NCBI GenBank assembly: GCA_965218585.1
Contig: CBDCLE010000003.1
Location: forward strand, 224,001 to 288,000
Source: Terriglobia bacterium
Lineage (GTDB): Bacteria; Acidobacteriota; Terriglobia; 20CM-2-55-15
Length of the DNA: 64,000 nucleotides
Direction of reading: 5' to 3'
Of the stretch, positions 29,699-40,719 are shown piece by piece; the first letter of the stretch is position 1; each line of letters begins with the position of its first letter. The position numbers and the translations under genes were made by a program. The notes under the pieces are model-generated. The model did no database searches. It was not told the DNA's origin and was given only the letters and a program-made list of their open reading frames with translations.

Positions 29699-30718
29699 AT
29701 GAACGATCTGATCATCCGTGCCTGTAGACGAGAGAGTGTGCCCCGAACGCCCGTTTGGATGATGCGGCAGGCAGGCCGCTACCTGAAGGACTATCGGGAT
29801 ATCCGAAAAGACGTTTCGTTTCTCGACCTGTGTAAGACGCCCGAACTGGCTGTAGAGGTTTCGATGCAACCGCAGCGAATCCTCGGTGTCGACGCCGTCA
29901 TATTTTTCTCCGACATCCTGATCCCTGCTGAAGCGATGGGCGTCTCCGTAGCCCTTACCGACAAGGGGCCGGAGATTGGCAATCCTGTCCGTTCTTCCGA
30001 CGACATCGATCGCCTGAAGATTCCTGATCCCGCCGAGGCGTTTCCGTTCACCGGAAAAGTGCTCCAGACGCTTCGAAACGAATTGAGGGATGTGGTCCCT
30101 CTGATCGGTTTTGCTGGCGCTCCCTGGACGCTTGGTTCCTACATGGTCGAAGGTGGTGGTTCGAAGAATTTTGCCGAGATCAAAGGAATGGCATATCGGG
30201 AGCCCCGGCTTGTTCACCGTTTGATGGACAAACTGGCCGACACGATCGCGACATACCTGCGATATCAGATCGAATCCGGGGCCCAAATGGTCCAGCTTTT
30301 TGATACCTGGGCGGGAGAACTCAACAGGGACGACTACGAAGAATTCGCCTTGCCGTATACGCGAAAGATCTTTGAAGCGATCGGCGATGAAGTGCCGCGC
30401 ATTCTTTATCTGAACGGGACGTCTGCTCTCCTCGAGTCTATGGCACGTTCGGGGGCAGATGTCCTGAGCCTGGATTGGCGGATTTCGATAGAGGACGCAC
30501 GGCGGAGGATTGGAGACGATCTCGCTTTGCAGGGCAATCTGGACCCATGCCTCCTACTGGGAGACCGTGAGACGATGCTGGCACGGACGAAGAAGATTCT
30601 GGAGGAGGCTGGCCCGAGAGGGCACGTTCTCAATCTCGGCCACGGCATCCTTCCGCCGACCCCGGTAGAAAACGCCCAGGCGTTCATCGATTTCGCAAAG
30701 AGTTACAGTCACGATTAG
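29699..30718 (+). CDS. hemE: Uroporphyrinogen decarboxylase
   Basis: PVWMMRQAGRYL, FSDIL, LIGFAGAPWTL..Y, QGNLDP and NLGHG motifs; start at MNDL. Confidence 0.96.
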   Translation: MNDLIIRACRRESVPRTPVWMMRQAGRYLKDYRDIRKDVSFLDLCKTPELAVEVSMQPQRILGVDAVIFFSDILIPAEAMGVSVALTDKGPEIGNPVRSSDDIDRLKIPDPAEAFPFTGKVLQTLRNELRDVVPLIGFAGAPWTLGSYMVEGGGSKNFAEIKGMAYREPRLVHRLMDKLADTIATYLRYQIESGAQMVQLFDTWAGELNRDDYEEFALPYTRKIFEAIGDEVPRILYLNGTSALLESMARSGADVLSLDWRISIEDARRRIGDDLALQGNLDPCLLLGDRETMLARTKKILEEAGPRGHVLNLGHGILPPTPVENAQAFIDFAKSYSHD

Positions 30719-30744
30719 AAGTGGCGAGTTGAAGGAATTCGAAC

Positions 30745-30833
30745 CTTTAACACGAAGACACGAAGCAAATAAGTTTAAGATTTCTCAAGCAAATCCCTGT
30801 CTTCGTGATTCTTCGTGGACTTCGTGTTGAAAG
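30745..30833. repeat. Imperfect palindrome built from CACGAAG units
   Basis: aacacgaagacacgaag ... cttcgtg-att-cttcgtg-ga-cttcgtgtt in the hemE-hemH spacer. Confidence 0.75.
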
Positions 30834-30940
30834 TTTTTAACCGGACCGGCGTAGGAGTTCCCGACGAGTCTGAATCGGAGGAGCTGTCAGTGCCCTCGTC
30901 CCGTGGGGTTAACGGGGGACGGTGGGCCCGACGCTAACAA

Positions 30941-31936
30941 ATGAAAACAGGAGTTATCGTTTTTAATCTGGGCGGGCCGCAGTCTCTGGACGAAGTCAAA
31001 CCGTTCCTGTATCAGCTCTTCTCGGATCCCGAGATAGTCCGGATCCGCTCCGATTTCCTCCGTAAGACTCTAGCGTATTCGATCGCGACCTTGCGAAACA
31101 GAGTGTCATCTGGCTATTACCGGAAGATCGGCGGTGGTTCGCCACTTCGCAAGATCACCGAAGAGCAGGCTCAGGCCCTGTCGGATGAACTGCGGTGGGC
31201 AGGGATGGATGTCGATGTTTTTGTCGGGATGTGCGCGTGGCATCCTTTCTTCGACGAAACGCTTGATGCTGTCGAACGGCGGGGCGTCGACCGTCTGGTT
31301 GTACTGCCGCTCTTTCCCCAGTATTCGGTAACGACCACAGGATCCGGTTTCCGTGCGCTCAAACGCATGCTCGCCGAACGGCCGGCTTTATCCGGCAAAG
31401 ACGTTAAGTGGATCGAGTCGTGGCAGAATCACTCCACGTACATCGACGCGTTTACGGAAATGATCCAGAAAGAACTTCAGGAGTTTCCCGATCCTCAAAA
31501 CGTTCAGATCTTGTTCAGCGCTCACAGTATTCCGGAACGTTACGTGCGCGAGGGCGATCCGTATCTGGATCAGACGCGTGAAACAGTTGAACTGATTGCC
31601 GACCGGTTGGGCAGGACGAATCCGTACCGCCTCTCGTTTCAGAGCAAGATCGGGCCGGTGGAATGGCTCGGCCCATCGACCAACGATGTGCTCGTCGAGC
31701 TTGGAAGGCAGGGAGTGGATGAAGTCCTGGTGGTTCCAGTCAGCTTTGTGTCCGAGCACATCGAAACGCTCTACGAACTCGACATTCTTTACAAGAAAGT
31801 GGCTGCGGATGCGGGCATCGAAACCTTTCGGCGAGTTGCCACCATGAACTGTGACCCTACGTTTATCAAGTCGCTCGGAGAGTTGGTTGAATCTGCAGTG
31901 AACAGTGGAGTCCAGGGACGTCTGGACTTCGAGTAA
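30941..31936 (+). CDS. hemH: Ferrochelatase
   Basis: NLGGP, GGGSPL, LPLFPQYS, LFSAHSIP, GDPY, FQS..GP..WL.P and FVSEHIETLYELD motifs. Confidence 0.96.
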   Translation: MKTGVIVFNLGGPQSLDEVKPFLYQLFSDPEIVRIRSDFLRKTLAYSIATLRNRVSSGYYRKIGGGSPLRKITEEQAQALSDELRWAGMDVDVFVGMCAWHPFFDETLDAVERRGVDRLVVLPLFPQYSVTTTGSGFRALKRMLAERPALSGKDVKWIESWQNHSTYIDAFTEMIQKELQEFPDPQNVQILFSAHSIPERYVREGDPYLDQTRETVELIADRLGRTNPYRLSFQSKIGPVEWLGPSTNDVLVELGRQGVDEVLVVPVSFVSEHIETLYELDILYKKVAADAGIETFRRVATMNCDPTFIKSLGELVESAVNSGVQGRLDFE

Positions 31937-32004
31937 GCTATCAGCCTCAGACTTGGATTCCCAGCCGAATCGGCTGTGGACATAGCTGAAAATCTAGATA
32001 GAGC

Positions 32005-33300
32005 ATGCCGGACGTCGTTGTTATCGGAGGCGGAATCTCGGGCTTGACCTGTGCCTGGCAGATACGTCGCGCGGGTCTCAACGTTGTCGTCCTCGAGGCG
32101 AAGACGCGCCCCGGCGGTGTTATTCAGAGCCATCAGGTTGACGGTTACCTTGTCGAGTCGGGTCCCAACACGATCCTTCCGACGGCAACTGCCTTTGAAA
32201 TTCTTCAGGAGACGCGTCTTACAGAAGAGGTTGTCGTTGCGCCGCCGAAATCCCCCCGTTTCATTTACGTAAACGGAAGACTCCGAAAGGCACCATGGGT
32301 TCTTTCGCCGCGGGGCGCCCTCCGAGCGCTTGTCGAACCCCTTGTGCCGGGCCGGAGGGACGACGAGGACGAATCGCTGGCGTCTTTCTTTCGTCGGCGA
32401 TTCGGAACCCAGGTACATGATCGGCTCGTAGCGCCTTTCGTGAGCGGTGTATATGCTGGGAACACCGAAGAACTGTCGATTGAAGCGACTTTTCCGAGGA
32501 TGAAGGAGTTGGAGTCGCGCTACGGCAGCGTCGTTCTTGGCATGCTCCGCGGGTCTGCTTTGAGACCCCGCCCAAAGCTTTCGTCCTTCAAAAAGGGCAT
32601 GGAAACCCTGCCCGAAGGCCTGGCACGAGAATTGGATATTCGATATGGTGTCGATGGCACACGGTTAGAACCGGGTCCGATTGTGGATTCCTCAGTAGGC
32701 CGTTTCGAGCCTAAGGCTGTGGTCGTTGCCGCTCCGGCTGATAAGGTGTCGGCGTTGTTGACGCCCATCGATCCCGACCTCGGGAACGTTTTTAGGACGG
32801 TTCCGTACGCCCCGATCCTCGTCGCGGCTGTTTCGGTCGGCGAGGCTCAGTTGAAGACTCCTCTGGACGGATTCGGTTTTCTTGTGCCCCGAAGCGAGGG
32901 TCCGCACACGCTCGGAACACTGTTCAGTTCCAGCCTGTTTCCAAAGCGCGCACCGGAAGGACGGGCCCTATTGACCAGTTTTCTTGGAGGCGCTACCGAG
33001 CCCGACGTCGTTCAGTGGACGGATGAGCAGACGTGGGAGACTGTGGAGTCGGAGCTGAGGCAGATTCTTGGTTTCGAAGGCGGAGTGAAACCATTGGCGC
33101 TGTTCCGCTACACGCGTGCGATTCCTCAATACCACCTCGGGCAGCCGCGTTGGAGAAAGGACGCGATGAAAAGGGTCGAAGAACAGCCGGGCCTTTTTCT
33201 GACCGGCAACTATCTGAGTGGCGTGTCCGTACCTGCGTCGATGGAACAGGGACAACAGACGGCAAATTCTGTCATCGAATACGTTCGGAGGACTTCATGA
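32005..33300 (+). CDS. hemY: FAD-dependent proto/coproporphyrinogen oxidase (HemY type)
   Basis: [31 protein letters not shown] and GNYL.GV motifs; heme operon context. Confidence 0.92.
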   Translation: MPDVVVIGGGISGLTCAWQIRRAGLNVVVLEAKTRPGGVIQSHQVDGYLVESGPNTILPTATAFEILQETRLTEEVVVAPPKSPRFIYVNGRLRKAPWVLSPRGALRALVEPLVPGRRDDEDESLASFFRRRFGTQVHDRLVAPFVSGVYAGNTEELSIEATFPRMKELESRYGSVVLGMLRGSALRPRPKLSSFKKGMETLPEGLARELDIRYGVDGTRLEPGPIVDSSVGRFEPKAVVVAAPADKVSALLTPIDPDLGNVFRTVPYAPILVAAVSVGEAQLKTPLDGFGFLVPRSEGPHTLGTLFSSSLFPKRAPEGRALLTSFLGGATEPDVVQWTDEQTWETVESELRQILGFEGGVKPLALFRYTRAIPQYHLGQPRWRKDAMKRVEEQPGLFLTGNYLSGVSVPASMEQGQQTANSVIEYVRRTS

Positions 33301-34316
33301 AACGAACAGCCGGAGAACTGGCCGAATTCCTTGGTGGGCGTCTGGAGGGCTCCCCGCGGGAGTCGATTGAGAACGTCGCCGACCTCGACCGCTCGGTCGA
33401 GGGAGACCTGAGCTATGCGGAACCCCGCTACGCGGATAGAGTCCCCGCAAGTCAGGCTTCCTGCGTTCTGGTATCGGAAGGAGAGTTTCCTACGAAGACG
33501 ACGATCCGGGTCGAGAACCCGAAGGTGGCCTTCGTCCGCGCGGCCGCATGGCTCCTGCCTCCTGTCAGAGCGCGCAAAGGAGTGCACGCGACGGCTGTCA
33601 TCGGTGAAGATGTCAAACTGGCGGATGGCGTGACAGTTGGGGCGCATGCGGTGATAGAGGATGGTGTTCGGATCGGTACTTCCACTGTCGTTTTTCCTGG
33701 ATGTTATATTGCCGCTGGGTGCCAGGTCGGATCCGAATGCGTTATCCACGCAAACGTGGTTATCTATAAACGCTCGGAGATCGGAAACAGGGTAATCCTG
33801 CATGCGGGTGTGGTGATCGGGTCTGACGGCTTCGGTTATGTCCGTGATGGAGACACCCTCCTGAAATTTCCCCAACGTGGAGACCTCGTTATTGAAGATG
33901 ACGTCGAGATTGGTGCAAACACCACCATCGATCGAGGTTCGTTAGGCCGGACCGTCATCGAAAAGGGAACGAAACTGGACAATCTCTGTCACATCGGCCA
34001 TAACGTGCGAATCGGAGGCCGGACTGTAATCGCGGCCCAGACAGGCGTTTCCGGAAGCTGCTCTATAGGGGCCGATTCGATGATTGGAGGTCAGGTTGGT
34101 GTGGGCGAAGGTGCTCAGATCGACGACGGCTCGGTGATCGGAGGCCAGAGCGGCGTGCTTAACGGGAAGCGAGCCCGGGCGGGGACAGTGCTGTGGGGAA
34201 CTCCTGCCCGCCCGTTGAAAGACATTAAGCTTCAGCAGGCCTATGTCGCACGGCTACCCAAGCTCGCGAAGCAAATCAAGCAGCTCCGCGAAGAAGTTCA
34301 ACAACTAAAGAGCTAA
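33297..34316 (+). CDS. lpxD: UDP-3-O-acyl-glucosamine N-acyltransferase
   Basis: Hexapeptide repeats; [19 protein letters not shown] and [12 protein letters not shown] motifs; ATGA overlap with hemY. Confidence 0.93.
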   Translation: MKRTAGELAEFLGGRLEGSPRESIENVADLDRSVEGDLSYAEPRYADRVPASQASCVLVSEGEFPTKTTIRVENPKVAFVRAAAWLLPPVRARKGVHATAVIGEDVKLADGVTVGAHAVIEDGVRIGTSTVVFPGCYIAAGCQVGSECVIHANVVIYKRSEIGNRVILHAGVVIGSDGFGYVRDGDTLLKFPQRGDLVIEDDVEIGANTTIDRGSLGRTVIEKGTKLDNLCHIGHNVRIGGRTVIAAQTGVSGSCSIGADSMIGGQVGVGEGAQIDDGSVIGGQSGVLNGKRARAGTVLWGTPARPLKDIKLQQAYVARLPKLAKQIKQLREEVQQLKS

Positions 34317-34321
34317 TACGT

Positions 34322-35332
34322 ATGAGTGCAATAAAAACAGTTCAACAACATATCCTCGATGAGGAACGTCAACATCCTGAAGCGAGCGGTGATTTCACTT
34401 CCTTACTTACGAATCTGACGGTTGCCGCCAAGATCATTTCCCGAGACGTCAACCGTGCAGGATTGGCTAAGACGGTTCTGGGCGAAACCGATAGCGTTAA
34501 CGTGTACGGCGAAACCGTCATGAAGCTGGACGAGTTTGCCGACCAGACCATCTACAAGGCCATGGGGAGCTGCGGAATGCTCTGCGTTATGGCGTCGGAG
34601 GAGTCCGATGGGATTATCGTCCTGCCGGACGGGAGTCCAAGAGGTAAGTACGTTCTTCTTCACGATCCCCTGGACGGATCCTCTAACATCGACGTCAATA
34701 CGAGTATCGGGACCATTTTCTCGATCCATCGGAGAATTTCAGACAGTGGCGACGGCACTGAGGCCGATTGTCTCCAGCCCGGATACAAGCAGGTTGCCGG
34801 CGGTTATTTCATCTACGGATCGAGCACGATGATGGTTTACACGACGGGGAACGGCGTTCACGGGTTCACGCTGGATCCCGCGCTGGGTGAGTTCCTCCTG
34901 TCGCATGAAAACATACAGTGTCCCAGGAAAGGCAAAATCTACAGCGTCAACGAAGGAAACGAGTCCAAGTGGGACGACGCTACCAGGGCGTATATCCGCC
35001 ACCTGAAGGAGAAGGATGACGACGACGGACGGCCCTATTCGATGCGCTACATTGGATCGTTAGTCGCCGATTTCCATCGGAATCTCTTGAAGGGTGGAAT
35101 CTTTCTTTATCCAGGGCCCAAGGCCAAGCTGCGTCTTCTGTATGAAGCGGCCCCCCTGGCCATGGTCGCCGAACAGGCCGGTGGGCTGGCCACAACCGGA
35201 ACCGAGCGCATTCTGAATGTGCAACCGGATTCGCTCCAGATGCGGGTGCCTTTGATTATTGGAAGCCACGACGACGTTCTCAAGTACCAGGAATTTGTCG
35301 GGGTGGAGGTTGCTACGGGAGAATCTGCCTAA
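34322..35332 (+). CDS. fbp: Class 1 fructose-1,6-bisphosphatase
   Basis: MASEE, DPLDGSSNID.N.SIGTIF, YSVNEG, RYIGSLVAD.HR and KLRLLYE motifs. Confidence 0.96.
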   Translation: MSAIKTVQQHILDEERQHPEASGDFTSLLTNLTVAAKIISRDVNRAGLAKTVLGETDSVNVYGETVMKLDEFADQTIYKAMGSCGMLCVMASEESDGIIVLPDGSPRGKYVLLHDPLDGSSNIDVNTSIGTIFSIHRRISDSGDGTEADCLQPGYKQVAGGYFIYGSSTMMVYTTGNGVHGFTLDPALGEFLLSHENIQCPRKGKIYSVNEGNESKWDDATRAYIRHLKEKDDDDGRPYSMRYIGSLVADFHRNLLKGGIFLYPGPKAKLRLLYEAAPLAMVAEQAGGLATTGTERILNVQPDSLQMRVPLIIGSHDDVLKYQEFVGVEVATGESA

Positions 35333-35363
35333 AAAATACCGGGACCTTCCGGCCCCGGCTTTT
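35331..35363. terminator. Probable bidirectional intrinsic terminator
   Basis: aaaaaa-ta-ccgggacc-ttcc-ggccccgg-ctttt between the convergent fbp and ATPase genes. Confidence 0.55.
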
Positions 35364-35424
35364 GTAGGTGCGCTCTGTGAGCGCACAACTCGGGATGCCG
35401 TGCGGTCATAGACCGCACCTACAG
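35363..35424. repeat. Inverted pair of GTAG-type REP palindromes (REPIN-like)
   Basis: tGTAGgtgcgctc-tgt-gagcgcac, 13-nt spacer, gtgcggtc-ata-gaccgcacCTACa. Confidence 0.85.
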
Positions 35425-37515
35425 CTATTCTGCGATCGAAATTACGCCGAGAACCGCTTCCATTGTCGTCAGCCCCTCTTTGAGGAGGTATTCCGCGTAG
35501 TTTTGAAGCGTCACCATCCCATGCTTCACGGCACAATCCCGGACTTCATCGGACTTGGCTCCAGATGAAACCAGGCGCCGGAGTTCGTCGTTCATGAGGA
35601 GTACTTCGTAGACCCCGACACGCCCCTTATACCCGTTTCCGCCACAGTTGTCGCAACCTTTGCCTTTGTAGAATGTCGGCAGATCGTCCATGTCGTAGCC
35701 AAAGAACTTGGCGGTCGCTTCGTCAGGCTTGGTTTCTTCCTTGCATTTCGTGCAGATTCTACGGGCTAGGCGTTGTGCAAGGATGCCGATCGTTGAACTC
35801 GACATCAGGAACGGTTCGACACCCATTTCCTCGAGACGGGTGAACGCACCCGGAGCGTCATTCGTGTGCAAGGTCGTGAACACGAGGTGGCCCGTAAGAG
35901 CGGCTTCAACGGCAATCCCGGCTGTTTCCTTGTCTCGCGTCTCGCCGACGAGGATGACATCGGGATCCTGTCTGAGGAAGGCACGAAGCACACGGGCGAA
36001 ATCGAGGCCAATGTCCTTGTGCGTCTGGATCTGGTTCACACCTGCCAGGTCATATTCGATCGGATCTTCTGCCGTCGAGATATTAGTGCCCGGGGAGTTG
36101 ATCTCACCCAGCGAGCTGTACAGCGAAGTTGTTTTTCCCGATCCGGTCGGTCCGGTGACATAGATGATGCCGTAGGGCTGATTGATCATCCAGCGGACCT
36201 TCTCCATCGTTTCCTGATGGTTGATGATCTTGTCTAGTGGGAGCAGAGAAGCGCTCTTGTCGAGAATGCGCATGACGATCTTCTCGCCGAATTTTGCGGG
36301 AACCGTGGAGACCCGGAAGTCGATGCCCCGATCCTCGAACTTGATCGAGATGCGACCGTCCTGCGGAAGCCGTCTTTCGGAAATGTCCAGGCGCGAGAGG
36401 ATCTTGAAGCGTGAGATCAGCGGGAGCATGATTTTTCGCGACAGAACATTTTCCACTCGAAGGGAGCCATCTATTCGGAGGCGAACCCGCACCCCCTCTT
36501 CCTGCGGCTCGAGATGGATGTCACTGGCGCCCTTCTTAATCGCGAGCGCCAGGATGTTGTTGGCCAGCCGTACAACAGGCGCATCTCCCGATGCGGACTG
36601 GAGCTCGGTTTCCGACGGTTTTTCTTCTTCCTCCTCCTGAACCTCGATGCCACCCAAAATTTCGGCTTCCAGGTCTTCCAGATTCTCCTGCCGCATCTCG
36701 GAAACCGCAGCGTCCGCTTCTTCCTTCTGTTTCTTTTTCTTTCTTTCGAGGTCTTTCTTGAGTTTCTCGGATTGTTTTTCCTTGTCGACTTCCTCATCGA
36801 GATTCATCAACCTCGGATATTCGGCGGACATGAACTTCGAGAATTCTTCTTCTGTACAAACCCGGGGTTCGATGATGACGCCCTTGACGTAGCGGCGGAC
36901 GTCGTCGAAGGCCACAAGGTTCGATGGGTTCACCATCGCGAGCGTGAGGGCGTTGTTCGCGTAGGCGATCGGCACCACTTTATGTTGTGTGAGGATGTTC
37001 TGGGGAATCAGGCCGACGACTCGGGGATCGAAGTTGATGTTCTTGGTCAGGCTGACGTACTCAACGCCGACCTGTTTGTTGGCCTCTTCGAGTCGGTCTG
37101 CCAGGATTCTGGCCAGTCCTAGGGAAATTTCTGGGTACTGAGTCAGAAGATTGCGAAAATCCGTGCGGGTCAGTGTGTAGACGGTGGTCGGTTCGACGGT
37201 GTTTACGCTGGCGGAGCGCGGTTTTCCCGTCAATAGGGACATTTCGCCAACTGCGGCCCCGGGGCCCAACTGTGCCACAAGGAAATCGATGCCTGTGACC
37301 GGGTCCTTTTTGCGAACTTCTACGGTCCCGTCCTTGATGATGTACATCGAGATGCCCGGCGCGCCCTCGCGCATGATGCTCTCTGACGGGGGGAACTCGG
37401 TGGTTTTGAGGCACGTTCCGAGTTTTGTCAGGCTTTCCTCGGGTAGATCCTCGAAAAGGCTGACGTTCTTGAGAAAACCAACGAGCTGATCTGATTCGGC
37501 TACTGTTGTCGACAT
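35425..37515 (-). CDS. PilB/GspE family assembly ATPase with an N-terminal cyclic nucleotide-binding domain
   Basis: cNMP domain (LFEDL..REG..MYIIKDG.V..GEMSLLTGKPRSASV); T2SSE_N-like VVPI..LTLAMVNP; ASDIHLEP, GPTGSGKTT, EDPIE, LRQDPDVILVGE and GHLVFTTLH motifs; CTKC/CDNC zinc motif. Confidence 0.92.
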   Translation of the reverse strand: MSTTVAESDQLVGFLKNVSLFEDLPEESLTKLGTCLKTTEFPPSESIMREGAPGISMYIIKDGTVEVRKKDPVTGIDFLVAQLGPGAAVGEMSLLTGKPRSASVNTVEPTTVYTLTRTDFRNLLTQYPEISLGLARILADRLEEANKQVGVEYVSLTKNINFDPRVVGLIPQNILTQHKVVPIAYANNALTLAMVNPSNLVAFDDVRRYVKGVIIEPRVCTEEEFSKFMSAEYPRLMNLDEEVDKEKQSEKLKKDLERKKKKQKEEADAAVSEMRQENLEDLEAEILGGIEVQEEEEEKPSETELQSASGDAPVVRLANNILALAIKKGASDIHLEPQEEGVRVRLRIDGSLRVENVLSRKIMLPLISRFKILSRLDISERRLPQDGRISIKFEDRGIDFRVSTVPAKFGEKIVMRILDKSASLLPLDKIINHQETMEKVRWMINQPYGIIYVTGPTGSGKTTSLYSSLGEINSPGTNISTAEDPIEYDLAGVNQIQTHKDIGLDFARVLRAFLRQDPDVILVGETRDKETAGIAVEAALTGHLVFTTLHTNDAPGAFTRLEEMGVEPFLMSSSTIGILAQRLARRICTKCKEETKPDEATAKFFGYDMDDLPTFYKGKGCDNCGGNGYKGRVGVYEVLLMNDELRRLVSSGAKSDEVRDCAVKHGMVTLQNYAEYLLKEGLTTMEAVLGVISIAE

Positions 37516-37681
37516 AATTGCGTCGCAAAAGACCCTAGTTCGACAGAAGTAGTCTATTCTCCGCTGCTTTTAAAAGTCAACGTTCACGATAGGTCCGGGC
37601 CGTTTTAACTTACGGGATCAAAGGGTACTTAGTCGGACGAACACGCAGTGTCAGGTACGGTGGGGTCTTCAATAGAGGAGC

Positions 37682-38032
37682 CTAGTCGGTGCCTTTCCGG
37701 AGGTCCTGTTTCCAACCGAGAACACGCGCGACGTTCCCTTCGCGCTCGGCTTCTTCGATCAGACCCTTCGCCTGATAGAACATAGAGAGGCTGGTATGCG
37801 CCAGCGGGTCTTCAGGGTCGAGTTCCGTGAGCCGTTTGGCTGTACTGATAGCTTCGTCCACTTTTCCACTGTCGAACTGGGCTCGGGCTAGGCCGTGGAG
37901 AGCGTCCTGGTAGTCCGGATCAATGGCTAAAGCCTTATTGTAGCGTTCGATAGCCTCGTCCAACTTGTTGTCACCAAAGGCTTCGACGGCCTCGATGAAG
38001 AGATCTTCCTTGTCGATTTCGAGTTCTCCCAC
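37682..38032 (-). CDS. Small tetratricopeptide repeat protein
   Basis: EAIERYNKALAIDPDY and AKRLTELDPEDPLAHTSLS repeats; AGGAGG RBS. Confidence 0.85.
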   Translation of the reverse strand: MGELEIDKEDLFIEAVEAFGDNKLDEAIERYNKALAIDPDYQDALHGLARAQFDSGKVDEAISTAKRLTELDPEDPLAHTSLSMFYQAKGLIEEAEREGNVARVLGWKQDLRKGTD

Positions 38033-38100
38033 AGTTGCCTCCTAGTCGGGCCCATTCTACTTTAGTACCTGCCCGATGACATAGAGAGCTGAAGAAATCA

Positions 38101-38177
38101 AACGCAGAGGCGCAAAGGTCGCAGAGGCCGCAGAAAAATCAAACGCCACATTCTCTGCGTCCGAGCGCCTCTCGGTT
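38101..38177. repeat. Imperfect palindrome built from CGCAGAG units
   Basis: aacgcagaggcgcaaaggtcgcagaggccgcaga ... ttctctgcgtccgagcgcctctcggtt. Confidence 0.7.
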
Positions 38178-38191
38178 GTTCTTTTCTCGGC

Positions 38192-39434
<1,243 letters not shown>

Positions 39435-39442
<8 letters not shown>

Positions 39443-40655
39443 AGCGCAACGCCGTAATAGGATCCAGCCGTGCGGCCTTCATGGCCGGCCAGATTCCGAA
39501 AAAGAGTCCAACGCCCGTAGATACCGCGAGTCCGAGCATCACGGCCCACCATTCGATCGCAGACGGCATGCCTGTCAGGGCAGAGACACTCGTCGCTATG
39601 GCAATGGCCAGTAGAACCCCGACAATTCCTCCAACGAGGGCGAGCGTCGCCGACTCGATCAGAAACTGACGGAAGATATCCGTCCTTCGGGCTCCTGTAG
39701 CCTTTCGTATGCCAATCTCGCGGGTGCGTTCGGTCACCGAGACGAGCATGATGTTCATGACAACGATGCCGCCCACAACGAGTGAAATCGAAGCTATGGC
39801 GACGGTTACAGCAAAGAAAGTCCGGCTAATGTTTGCCCACAGTTCCAGAAATGTTTGGTTTGTGGCGATCGCAAAGTCGTCTTCGTCGGCATAACCGACG
39901 TGACGTCTGGCCCTCAGGACGGCGCGTGCCTGGTCTGCCGCAGGTTCAATGCTTTCTTCACCATCTGCTTTGGCGTAAATCCGCACTGACCGCCGGGGGC
40001 CCCATATGCGCTGGAAGGAACTGATTGGAATGGCGATCCAGTTGTCCCGAGACTGTCCCATCAGTGATCCCTGACGTTCTCCGACACCGACGACCTCGAA
40101 TTCCCGGTTGTTGACCAGCAGCATCTTTCCGATCGGATCCACGAACGGAAACAGGTTGTCGGCAACGTCCGCGCCGACGACGGCTACCCGCCGACTGTGA
40201 CGCACGTCGTAGTCGGTGACATTACGCCCGTCCTCGAGGTTCTCCGAGAGGATCTCAGGGATTTCAGGGGTAATTCCCCTGACCTCGGTGTTGTCTAAGA
40301 ACTGGCGTCCATATTTGACTTGTGCTCTGGAAGCGAGCCGCCCGCCCACCATCAGGCAATCTTTGCAGTTCTCGCGCACCGCGTCCGTATCGTCCAGCAA
40401 AAGGTTCTTCCGCTGCCGGATCGTGTTCCAGTCGGCCGGATCGATCACGATCGGAGGCGTGCGGTTGATGATGAATACATCTCCGCCCAGATCGAACACC
40501 TCTTCGGCGACGAATGCGTTCAAACCGGCAACAAAGGAAATCACCGTGATGACAGTCATTACGCCGATGACGATTCCGACCAAAGTCAGAGACGATCGAA
40601 GACGGTTCACCCGCAAAGATTCCAGTGCGATCCTTATTGCTTCGCCAACGTTCAT
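39435..40655 (-). CDS. MacB/FtsX-like ABC transporter permease
   Basis: RSSLTLVGIVIG, VGGIVVMNIMLVSVTERTREIGIRKA and KAARLDPITALRYE motifs. Confidence 0.93.
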
Positions 40656-40719
40656 ATGACTACTAACGTAACAGATGGGCCAAAAGATCCCATAAATAAG
40701 AAGAGTCGAGGGTGGATAG

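Noticed and set aside
30745-30833. Possible CRISPR or mini-array
   Set aside because: Units are 7-mers arranged as a palindrome with no unique spacers; no cas genes
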